DNA from: Gnetum montanum | Lineage: Eukaryota; Plantae; Gnetophyta | NCBI GenBank assembly: GCA_015680685.1 | Contig: MNCI01002706.1 | Coordinates: 1,020,758-1,084,757, forward strand | Length of the DNA: 64,000 bases | Direction: 5' to 3' | Part shown: piece after piece, positions 25,813 to 37,409 of the stretch | How positions within the stretch are numbered: the first letter of the stretch is position 1 | How the letters are laid out: every line of letters begins with the position of its first letter | Made by a program: the position numbers and the translations under genes | Notes under the pieces: generated by a model | What the model was told of the DNA's origin: nothing | Databases searched by the model: none | Seen by the model: only the letters and a program-made list of their open reading frames with translations

Positions 25813-28628
25813 ATGGAACCTAAAGGAAAGCACACACAAGAATGAGAACCATCCCAACCAAGGGACAAATGGCCAAGAATGGGAAGGGACCAAGAATAGC
25901 CCCATGAGTAAGCAGAGACCCATGCAATAGGACCTTTTCAAAAGGAGCCTAAAGTGAAATATGTCCAACAAATTCCCAAAGAAGCAACCATAACAAAATA
26001 TTCTTACCAAGATGAGGGACCTAAACCTAAACTAAACCTTAAGGTTACATTAATAGAAGCTTATCTTAGGAAAATCACGAACAAGGAGGTCTAGAAATCG
26101 GTACTCCAAGAGTTAAACTTCAAACCTTTCTTGAAGTCTACACCTCCAGAAGTTAAGACTCAACTATAGAACTCTCCCATGTGGACCATAATCACTTCTA
26201 ACAAAGAGTGGTACATGGGAGAAACATATTTTTTCTAGAACAATTAGCAAGCTAGTTCAATAATCAAAATCAAGGACATCTCAGTGTCCTACTTGGTGAA
26301 AGCTATCGCAAAGGCCCTAGGATTACTAGAAACTGGGGCAAATTTAGGAGAAATCCCTATGTAGGTACATCCTGGCATCAAGAAGGAATGGATGCAACAA
26401 TGTTATGGAGTCAATCATAAGGATTTTGGTGCACTCACCATGGCGGAGTGTGCATACTTAAAAATTGTGGCCTTTCACCTCAATCTAATATTGAGGCCAA
26501 GCAAGATCATAGCCTTCTTTGCTCATGTGTGTACCACTCTAAGCAGTAGATTCCCCATCAACCTTCCATAGGTTATCTATCTTAAGATAGAGAAGTAGTT
26601 TAACGAAAATGAATGTGGAAGGAAGGCACTCCCCTTCCCATGCCTCATCTAAAAATTATGCAAAAGGAGAGGAATAACCTACTACACAAATGACATCATT
26701 AGACATGCTCCCTCCACTTCTCAGGTGGATATGATGAAGGATACTATGCCTATCAAGATCATCCAAGAAGAGGAGTAGTGACCACCGCCTCCACCACCCA
26801 CTCAAGAAACAACGTCAGAGGCCTCCACTATCCTTAAGCACAGGCAAAAGATTCGAGAGTAGCTCTTGCAAGAGTAGGAGTAGCAAGTAGGAACAAGTGG
26901 TGGTGATCCATCTATGTATCACCCAACGATGAGTTACCTCAACAAAGTGGCTCAAATAATTAGCCAAATTGAGGAAGGTGGGTCAATTTTCTTAGCCCAA
27001 AGAATGTAGTTGTCCATGAGGTTAAATGTTAATGCCAAAAGGGTAACGGTATCTCTCTTACAACAACAAAAATTCCTAAAAATCTCTAGAAACATTGCTA
27101 CTTTTTCGTTGTGTTTGGAGGAGGGCAAGGGGGAAACTATCTTGATGATGCAACATCATGGATAAGAAATAGTAGCAAAGGTGGTTGCTGATAGAATTGC
27201 TAAGGCACTTAATGCACATGCAACATCTGTACCAAACTTTTCTACACTTTAAGATGTGTAGATGTCTATAGTAACAGTTAGCAACAAATTAAGTGTAGCC
27301 CATCATGAGGAGTTTCTAAATCAACTGGTGGGAACTAGGCAACTGATTCTGTATGTCTTTGACCTTCTAGATTTGATCACTATAACCTAGTCAAAGTTGC
27401 TAGAAGCAAGTGACAAGTGTATTATATTAGAGGGGCAACTCAAAATAGCTTGAGCAAAAAAACAATGCTTGGTTGCAAAGGTTGCTGAATTAAGAGCCCA
27501 TCTGCTAATCCTGCATTTCTCAACCCTGCACTGATGAGAGATGAAGCCTTCAAGTAGCTTGAAGACAAGCTCAAAAAAGTTGAGGACACAAAGGAGACAA
27601 TGGCCTTTGATCAATCCTTGGCCAACACCACAATGCATAATATCCAAAGGGCCTTGGACTAAACTCACTAGAAGAATGTGATTCTAACCATAGAGAATCA
27701 TTGCCTATGAAATGTTGATGTATAGAAGCAGTAGATGTAAGATTTTATCCATCAATAGTAGAAGCAACTAGCTATAGTGAATAATGAATTAAGGAGATTG
27801 GTAGCCAAAAACAAAAATATTTCCATGGAGAAACTTTGAAAATCTGCAATAAAGGTAGCCACTTGGAAAAACAAGGCTATCAAATTTAAGAGAGTCAAGA
27901 ACCATTACAGAGATCAGGTTGGTCTATAGAAATAAATCAATGAGAAACACATTCAAATGATGAAGGAAAAAGTTAATGAGGCCCTCCATTAACTCAAGGA
28001 AGGAGGTGATATCTAGCAGCCTATCTTTGATGGGCTCAATGACTACAATAAAGCAAAGATTTGCATGAAAGAGTCACAAATGAAGCTTTTCAATCTCCAT
28101 TATGCAAATCTAGCAATGATGACTATTAGACAACTATGGTCTGAATTGGAGAAACAAGTGGCCAATTCATACTTGTTGTACAAAGTAAAGTTCAAGTATC
28201 ACAAAGACACTAAGCAAAAGCTTGAGACTGCCAATGCCAAACTCAAGGTTCTCAAGGAAAAGCTCATTGATTGCTAAGAACCTAGCTAAGAGAATGAATG
28301 ACTACCAAGAGTTGCAAAATCTAGTCAAGGTGTTCGATGTTAAGCACAAACTTTTTGCTACCTAGTTTATCAATGTTAAGGATCTTTTTCTAGAAATGCC
28401 CTATCCCTTGCATGGTCTCACTCTAGCCCACATTCAAGATGCTACGTGAACTATGAATGATCCTAGGGAAAATGAGGAGAAGATGAAGGCACTATTGGAT
28501 GCCTTTCTTTTTCCACCAGAAGTTGTAGCTACCATAAGACAAAACAACTACCTCAACCACTATGTGCACCCAAAGTAGGAGAAGGTCCTTCGAAGCCTTA
28601 GAAGCCTTCACTGCCTAGAATCATTTGA
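25813..28628 (+). pseudogene. Accessory (env-position) ORF of element A, ~930 codons, Athila-ORF/Transposase_32-like domain plus coiled-coil, decayed
   Basis: Starts MEPKGK. ELNFKPFLKSTPPEVK...EWYMGETYFF and KALPFPCLI*KLC align with ORFs 32986-33291 and 32626-32910. ORF 28065-28277 (NLHYANLAMMTIRQLWSELEKQVA) aligns with 31003-31197. Confidence 0.8.
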
Positions 28629-28860
28629 TCTTCTTTAACATCTTCATGCCATCTAAGGAATTATGTTTGTCAATTTTGTCGTGGTGTTCAATTTTGTTGT
28701 TTTGAACACCCAAAATTTTGTAATCAATGAAAAATCATACACTTTGGGTGCTTATTTTTTGCTGTGTAGTTTGTATGTCTGTTTTGTGTGTTAGTAATCC
28801 CATACCTTCTCAAATCTTGTAAAGAAATCAAGGATAAGTTTTCATTCAATCATGGGGATA

Positions 28861-29743
28861 TGATGAAGCATCATGGTTGGCCACATTGATGGGATGCCAT
28901 CAACATGATCCCATCAATGTAGGGTTTGACCCGTTGATGTGTACCAATCAATAGGGCTCCCTGTTTCACCCATAAATACACACTCACCCAGCTGCATTTA
29001 TGGCATAAGTCTCATAATTGTAGCAAAGCTCTAGTAGTTTTTTCCACTTGAAAGTTAGAATATTTTTCTAAGTGCCCATAATAGGAGTCAAAGAGTGTAT
29101 GGATCTTTATTTAAGCACTGTTGTACCTTAGCACTATAGGATGTGTGGCAATAAAGACAATATTTCTAATAAACCTTGCAACACTTTGAAATAGACTAAT
29201 TAATTTCCTTTATGCATTTAATATTTTAAACAATTTCCTTTAATCCTTTAAGTAATTAAAGTAATTAAATTAAGCTAGATTAAGATATATTAAATAACAA
29301 TTAATTAATCACATAATTATGACCACTTTGGACATATGTTTGATACTTGGTAATCCTAGTAATGCTTAACGTTTGGTAACCTAGTAGTGTTAAACATGTT
29401 TAGGATGTGTACGGCAAGTGGGAACGGATGCTTATGTTAGGATTAGTTAAATGTTAGTTAGTTAGAGTAAATTAGCAATTAAATATATAATTCTTTATTC
29501 TTTATTTGTAGGAAACTTAGAACATAAGATATAAAAATGATAAAAATCATATGCCTCAGTTGCACTTAACCATACCTTTGCATTTCACAAGTGTAATTGG
29601 AAAGATAATGATTACAACAGTTAGTTTCACCTCCTAGAGACCAATGTACTTAGAAGGCTATAAGTCCATGAAATTTAACCAAATCATGCATGAATGCTTA
29701 GTGATTCATATGGTTGGGCATAGGGTCTACTTGCTACTCATCA
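28861..29743 (+). repeat. 3' LTR of element A
   Basis: Preceded by PPT-like catggggata. Termini TGATGA...TCATCA. The last 40 nt are the reverse complement of the LTR ends at 30025, 30133, 61140 and 61511. Confidence 0.85.
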
Positions 29744-30684
29744 CAAAGGAAAGAGTGATTCAAGCCAAACTAGTATGCAAACGAATCTATCATAAGAGTG
29801 GATCAAGATCAAGTAGGGAAAAATCGATATGGTAAGCTAACTCCATGGATTAACCAAAAATTTTCAAACATCAATTACCATCATAGAAATCAACCACTTC
29901 CACCAAAATTCAAAAATACTACTTCATACAAATTCACTATAGATTCATCAATTAATCATAATTTAATGAGTGCATAAATGGTAAAATCCAATCCCTTAAA
30001 ATTGTTGGAAATATTCTTATAATTTGATGAGGTGTGAGGTACCCCTACACTCAACCATATGAATCATAAGCATTCATGCAAGATTCGGTCAAATTCCATG
30101 GATGGGACTAATTGTGGCATCTAGATCGCTATTGATGAGTGGTGAGATACCCCTACACTCAACCATACAAATACAAGCGTTCTCACGTGAGATCCGGTCG
30201 AACTCCGCAGACGGACTAGTTGTGAAATCTAGATCATTAACCTTAGGTCGCAGTTTGCTGTCTTCCCACCTAGACTAGTATTATATTTGTCACATATGGT
30301 TTAGTCCAGAGTGAGGTGTATGATGTGGTTCCTAATCTAATGCTACTCTTGAAGGCAGTGGAAAGTAATATTAACTAAGCTAAGCTAGGAGAAAAGGGTA
30401 AGAAAATCTAATCTAGCCTAAGTGCGATGAGCAGACGATTCATTGATTATCCATACACATCTTGGACTTTGTGCACAACAACTACTGGGGTTACCAAGCG
30501 CAGATCCTAGGTACGCCACTAGGTTACCAAGTAGTCATACTTAAATGCTCGTAATCAAGTCATACTCATTCCGTGTTACACAATGGATAGGTATGGGATT
30601 ATTAAGTGGAAAAAGAAATGAAATGATGCTGCAGTGTGGGAAGACACAACACAGAAAAATACTACAACTACAAAAAATGGGAAC

Positions 30685-33437
30685 TCATGTAGTTCCTAGT
30701 GGCGATGGCTCCTCCATGGGTGCTTTCCCTTTGTCATGTGCTCCAGGCTTTGAAGCTTGATGGCGTTGAAGTATGACCTGGAGCTTCTCCTCTTCGGTCT
30801 GAGGATCTTGTGCTGTCCATGTTAGTGTTCCAATGTTTGATGGAGTCAGCGCTTCCCATGGACAAGGTAGTTGCAGGAACATCTGGTCGGCCTTGACATA
30901 CCACACTGTGGACACCCGTCGTTCCTCCTCATAGGCTCTGGCTTTGTCTTTGTATTCGTGAAGATCTATTAGCTATTGAGCCAAGTCGATTGCAACATCT
31001 TTCTATCCCTGGTAGCTTACTTTTACCACCTCAAGTTTAGAATTTGTGACATCTAGTTTCTCAACCAACTTCTTGTGCTTTGCAAATTCTGCTTCATATT
31101 TGATATGGGTGGAAGCTACTTGCTGCTCAAGCTCTGATATTGAGCATCCTGCTATTAAAATGGCAAGGTTGGCATATCTAAGGTTTTCCAACTCCATGTA
31201 TTCTGTTAAGTCTTAAATTTGCAGGTCCTGGTTCTTAACTTCCGCTTGGTGGGCGAAGGCATATGTGTCCAATATGGCCTGCCAATCAGTGTGTTGAGCA
31301 CTGATATTGTTGATTTGAGCCTTGGCCATATGGATCTCCTTCTCTAGGATTTTTTTGTACATCCCCACCTAATCACAGAAGTGCTCCTTTAGCTTCTCGT
31401 GTCATTTAGCCTCATTCCACAATGCGCTTATCTCAATTGCCGACTTTTGGCGAATAGCGCGTACCTCCTCCATTGAGAGGGTTCAATTTTCTTTGGCTAA
31501 ATGGCCTACATCTCGGTTTACCCAAATGAATTATTCTCATAATTGATGAAATTGTTCATCGAGAATGTTCTTTTGTTTCTCTACAGTGGCCAACCGAAGA
31601 TTGTCTGCAACCAATAGCTTGTTTTCTTCCTCTAAGGCCTTGAGTGCCTTAAGATGCGCATGGGTTTGCGCTTGTGATGCAGAGGCATCCCAAACAGTCG
31701 TCTCCTTTTCTCCTACCACCTTTTTATTCTCTACTATTAATTTTGTTAGCTGCTCAGTTTGAAATTTTTCTAGCTGGTCTGCGGGAACAAATTGTAGAGG
31801 ATCCCATTGTGCTACTTGTAAGGCCATGAGCTACTCTTGTAGCTTTTGCACTTCAACTTCAGCATGCTCGACCCTTACTTCAGATATGACCAGCTTCCCC
31901 TTTGTGAAAATTAGGTTTGATTGAATTGCTGTGACATCTTAAGGGATGTCAAACAGGGAAATCATTACTTGCCCTTTTTGAAGCAATATGTCAAGTACAT
32001 CCTCATGTTCAGTAGGAGTCATTGAGGTTCCAGCCAGAGTTTGAGCATCCTGTGCTCCTGAGAGATCTACCGGTGGCACAAAAGGTACATTGAAAGATTC
32101 TTTGATGTGGTCTATGACCACTTCTACAACTCCCATGGCATTCTGGTGTTGCATGACCACCACAATGGCCCCTTCACCAGTCTCTAACTACACTTGGAAA
32201 GATGTCGCGTTTCCTGAGATCTGTTGTGACCATCTACTTTCCCCTCCTCCTATTTGAATGGATAATTTGCCCCTTGTGTGACCTAATGAAACTGTAGGCT
32301 GATTGGCATCATTGATAACGCGGAAGAGGTTTGAGTCATCACGACTTCCCCAACTAAACATCTCAGCGATGGCCCTCGGTCTGTAGTCTTGCGCTGACGA
32401 TGGCTAATCCTAGTCTATGTTGGGCCCTGCTTCTTGTTGTTGGTTGGGACCTGTAGCTAGAGGTTGACTGGTTCCAACCCCTTGTTCTTCTTCTTATTCT
32501 TCTTGTTCTAGTCTCAGCTCTTCGCCAGTGCTCTTTCTTAGAGCTGGCGCCTTTAGCAATTCAGCATATGAAGCGTTTTGAGCTTTCTGGAGGACATCAT
32601 TAGTGTACCCCTAAATACCAGCATGTCAGCAAAGCTTTCTGATAAGACAGGGAAAAGGCAACGCCATCTTTCCTATCTTCTGTTCTTCGAACCACCTTAG
32701 GATCTCCGTCAAATATAGATGGGGTAGGTTAGTGTTAACCTTTCCCATCAACACTACACATCCTCTAGCCGCATATGTTGATATTCTTTTGAGGCCCTTT
32801 GTGGGGAAGAGGTGATATGTTTCGATTTTGAAATAAACTCTCTCTTCCATTGTCAATTCTCCAAATGCTTTTTCTACGCCATAATCCTTCTCTAACCAAT
32901 CCTTTCGCACATCAGGGTCTGAACGGGTAGATAACTGAGTAACCTAAGGCCCTGAGTTTGAAAGGTTTAACACTTCTGAAATTGCCTATGCAGAGAAGTC
33001 AACTGTCACACCACAAATATTAACTGTGGTGCCCTGCTCCCTATTGTGCCAAAACTGGTACGTTTCTCCTAGGTACCAGGCACCACTTTTAGAGAGGATA
33101 GGCCAAAAGGGAGATCCTTTGAGGTGAACCCTAACAGCCTCAGGAGTGAACTCTGCAAAAGATTTGAAGTTTAACTCCACAATCATCGCAGCGAATGTGG
33201 ACTTCTCATGGATAGCCTGAACATATTCTGAGGGCAACGTGAGTTGTTGTCCTAGTTCAGGTGCAGCAGTAGCTCTGCCTGCCCAGATCATCCAGTAGGA
33301 GGTTCATCTTGATAGATGCTAAATGATTGCACCTCCTATTCTGTATGTTGTCCGGCAGGGCCTTGTCTTCCACCTCTTCGAGATCATTTCGTTCCACCTT
33401 GTATAGGACCCTCCTGCTGTGCACGTTTCGGGGCCAT
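30685..33437 (-). pseudogene. Accessory ORF of element C (~915 codons), homolog of 25813-28628
   Basis: ATG GCC CCG AAA CGT (MAPKR) directly after a TGTAG acceptor. Fragments 32986-33291, 32626-32910 (MALPFPCLIRKLC), 31939-32163, 31537-31827, 31003-31197 and 30685-30915. Confidence 0.85.
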
Positions 33438-33904
33438 TCTACAATCACACAGGTCAAGCGTTAGTAAGGTTTTTTTCAAAGTCAAGTTATACCTTATTGC
33501 TTTCCTTAGTTAAAGATCTTATGTTATCACGTGTGATCATGCCTGAAATTTGTAATAATGGGTCTTGTGACTTAGGTGTTTTTCATTTTAATCCCTCGGT
33601 ATACCTAAGGGTTAAATGATTTTTAGGCACAATTATTCTAAGTGTTAAAGTTAATTACCCTAATTGATGTTCTTTGGGCAATGATAAATTTCAAAAAAGT
33701 TAGGAACTTTTCGGTAAGTGTCTCTCCCCCACGACTAAACTGAACACTCCGGGTTCAAGTAGGTTCAAACGGAATAAAAATCGGAGTACCAGTGAGCGAG
33801 ATTGAGTAAAAAAAGCAAGGGTCACGCTATCGCAAGTTGTAGAGAAAAATTTCAAAAAATCCCCCCGCGTGAATGGCAAAATGATGGTAAGTGTTGTGGT
33901 GGGG

Positions 33905-34000
33905 GTACCTATTTATAGGTAAATGGGACATGATATCGCATACGATACATCGTGTACACAATATCACATGGGATGCGATATCACGTACGCGATATCTCAT
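33905..34000 (-). promoter_or_regulatory. Putative internal promoter for the accessory ORF: GCGATATCGC-type motif array plus TATAAAT
   Basis: Same motif array plus TATA arrangement as the element's LTR at 37909-38025, about 470 nt upstream of the ATG. Confidence 0.6.
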
Positions 34001-35399
34001 CCCTAGTGATGTGAGACACCAAGGAAATACCAAATTTTTAAGAATGTTCTTGAAATTAATGTTGGAAATTGAGGACATTGGTAATTATTAAGATGTGCTA
34101 GGGTAATTTCATTGATTTGAGAGGCACCATTAACAATAATGATGTGAACTTTAGCCATAAAAATTTGGCAGTTAAGAAAAAGGAAATGTAATGGTACATT
34201 GGAACGTTAAAATTTAGAGGGATAATGGTAGGGAAAGAAAATCAATTGAAAAATTAAGCTGAGGGTAAGAAATTGTGTGTTTGAGCTATGTCATAAGCAA
34301 AGATTACAAAAGATTACACAAGTGGGTCCTCCCCAAAGCAAGTTCCAACCTATAATGCCCTTATGTAACCACACTTAAAGTGTCTGTGGGCACCAGAGGG
34401 GTTAAAGGTAATCCGCACTAACTCCATAAAACACACACATGTAATATCACCGGAATGAGATGAAAATTCTATGCTACACAGGACACGAGCTACAATTACA
34501 CGAACAGTGAGATGAGACAAACTATAGAAAGGGATCGTAGAGATTGGGACATGAGGTAACTGACCCAGGACATAGTGAATCCTGCGTGTAAAGCATGATT
34601 AATGTGTCATTAACCCATCATTCCAAGATCAGGACCAAGTCCATTCCTCTCAACAATGACATCGCATTGTTTCATCCCATAATGAGCAACTATGAGAGTA
34701 CCATAACAACAAGGCGTACGATCACTTGGCATTTAGTTCAAGGGAGGAGTGATTTTTTTTGTTTTGTGGCACTTTGTTTTTCTCTCTTTTTTTTTCTTTC
34801 TTTTGAACTTTACTGAATCCATAGAAGCTGCCAACCTTCAGGCATGGGTGCATGTCTTTCCAGTGAGACCTTCTAGAATAGCGTTTGATTTTTAAGTGCC
34901 CTTTTTGATTACTCTTACTCCCATTTTTCATTAGATCTACAAGGATCTTAGTACGACCACGTTGCATGATAACTCCCATAGATGTCACCAAAGAGAATCC
35001 ACAAGTCCCCTTGATGTCACACCCTAATCATTCCCTCTTGGTCCATCCTTCTTCATTATGGGTACAATGAACACAAGAATTAATTTTAAGTTTTTAAGAA
35101 TTTCAAGAATATCATTGTACCCTTGAACAGAACCTCTTATTTGTAGAGTGGATGAGTCGGTGTAATGGGCTCACTATCCAAATAATTGATCACTCGAGAC
35201 ACGAAAACATAGAATACACCTCAACCAATGATCCACATGAGTGTTTTATTCATAGACGAGATTACTTACAAAAATGTGAAAAGACAAAAAACACAAAAAG
35301 ATAGAAAGATAAAAAGATAAAACAAAAAGTTGAAAAATGAAAAATTGGAAAACAAAAAGTTGTAACATTAAAGAAAATGAAAAATATTTATTAATCCTA

Positions 35400-36681
35400 C
35401 TTGTTATTAGAATGGGGGATATCCCCCATAACTAATCAGTTGAGGATGGCAAGGATTAATAAATGAAGGATAAGGATCCTTGCATGTTGGTAGTATTGGG
35501 GGACGGCCATACTTATCCCCTCGGGGTTCACACACTTGATTATAATAAGCATAGTGGGGCACTTTATACGATGTAGTTCCCAGATAATGAGTTGACCCAC
35601 TACAATGTTTGGGACTGTTAGATGGTATGCAAGGATTGGGTTGATGCCTCCCATGGTTGTGTTCATTGGGTCGTGTGGTTGTTGGAGTGTTTGATGGTGG
35701 CCTTGATAAAGTTACATGAGGCGTTGGATTCGAAGATGAGGGTGCACCATAGTGTGGGACTTGTGCTGGGTTGGAAGATACAGTGGCCTTTGAATTATGT
35801 TGTCCCTTCTTACGACCGTGTTTAGAGAAGGGGTGCTTTGGATGTTGCTGAGGGTTCTCACTACTATTAGAAGTAGTAGCACAAGTGTTGTTCATGGGTT
35901 GTTGCTATGGTACAAACACCTTAGGAATAGTTGGTGGCACTATGGAAGGAGGGAAAGGATGAGAATGTGAAAAGTTAGGAGGAGGATAAGGTGCACAAGG
36001 TGGTGGTTGTATTGGAGGTATGGGCTGATAGTATTGTGGAGAATGGTATTGTGGTGAGATAGAGTATGTTGGCCCAAATGGAGAAATAGGATGTTGGACG
36101 TGATAAGCATTTGGATTCGGAAAATATGAAGGGTGCCTCCAGTCTAAGGGTGGCCTCCCCCACGACTAGGATGGTTGCCACTATGGTCTAACACAGTATC
36201 TTTGTACAAACTCTAGATGTAACGTGTTTCCCCAATGCTCTTGTAGATGTAACAATATTGGGCATTGGCCCTTGGGGTGATTGTACAGGCATATGTTGCA
36301 TTCATATGTATGATTAGCAGTTGAGCACTTATTCTCTTCATTCTTTTTTTCTAAATGCCTAATGTTTCTTCCTGCTTCTTGGGTTGTTAAAACTCTATCT
36401 CCAATATTGTTGATATATTCTCCACACTTTTGATATATCCATTCCAACATCTTATTAATCTTTGCCTCGGCTTCTTCTAACAATTGCTGTATTGGCAAAG
36501 ATGATGTCTCCACCTTGAGATTTGTTGATCTCTCCTTGTTATGATCATTTACCTTTATTATGTTGAGATTTCAGTCCCGTTGATGTTTTTCAACACTCTC
36601 CCATCTAGCTAATTCTCCTTCTTCTTTTGCTACCTGCTTAATAAGCTCTTGGATTTGATGGGTTCATAGTTCGTATAGTTG
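35400..36681 (-). pseudogene. gag C-terminal remnant of element C
   Basis: Coiled-coil, CCHC knuckle and Pro/Ser-rich tail homologous to positions 1-800 of element A. Confidence 0.7.
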
Positions 36682-37409
36682 NNNNNNNNNNNNNNNNNNN
36701 NNNNNNNNNNNNNNNNNNNNNNNNNNNNNNNNNNNNNNNNNNNNNNNNNNNNNNNNNNNNNNNNNNNNNNNNNNNNNNNNNNNNNNNNNNNNNNNNNNNN
36801 NNNNNNNNNNNNNNNNNNNNNNNNNNNNNNNNNNNNNNNNNNNNNNNNNNNNNNNNNNNNNNNNNNNNNNNNNNNNNNNNNNNNNNNNNNNNNNNNNNNN
36901 NNNNNNNNNNNNNNNNNNNNNNNNNNNNNNNNNNNNNNNNNNNNNNNNNNNNNNNNNNNNNNNNNNNNNNNNNNNNNNNNNNNNNNNNNNNNNNNNNNNN
37001 NNNNNNNNNNNNNNNNNNNNNNNNNNNNNNNNNNNNNNNNNNNNNNNNNNNNNNNNNNNNNNNNNNNNNNNNNNNNNNNNNNNNNNNNNNNNNNNNNNNN
37101 NNNNNNNNNNNNNNNNNNNNNNNNNNNNNNNNNNNNNNNNNNNNNNNNNNNNNNNNNNNNNNNNNNNNNNNNNNNNNNNNNNNNNNNNNNNNNNNNNNNN
37201 NNNNNNNNNNNNNNNNNNNNNNNNNNNNNNNNNNNNNNNNNNNNNNNNNNNNNNNNNNNNNNNNNNNNNNNNNNNNNNNNNNNNNNNNNNNNNNNNNNNN
37301 NNNNNNNNNNNNNNNNNNNNNNNNNNNNNNNNNNNNNNNNNNNNNNNNNNNNNNNNNNNNNNNNNNNNNNNNNNNNNNNNNNNNNNNNNNNNNNNNNNNN
37401 NNNNNNNNN
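36682..37409. other. Assembly gap (N run)
   Basis: Run of N. It covers the expected LTR end, PBS and gag start of element C. Confidence 0.99.

Larger units (their letters stand above)
1..29743 (+). mobile_element. Athila-like Ty3/gypsy LTR retrotransposon (element A). The 5' end lies outside the window. It is interrupted by a Tat element at 2538-21766.
   Basis: Domain order: gag C-terminus/zinc-knuckle remnant (~100-170), protease (ALLDSASGVNLI, ~930-1000), RT (KKYGKLQVYIDFRLLNKVTYKDHFPLPF 1963-2060; EVFMDEF ~2285). RT resumes after the insert (FPRHTSYYQQFIQNFSKI ~21770). RNase H ~21950-22320; integrase (PFNIWGIDFMGP, HPQANGQAKVTNREI) to ~23670; long accessory ORF; PPT; 3' LTR. Confidence 0.9.
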
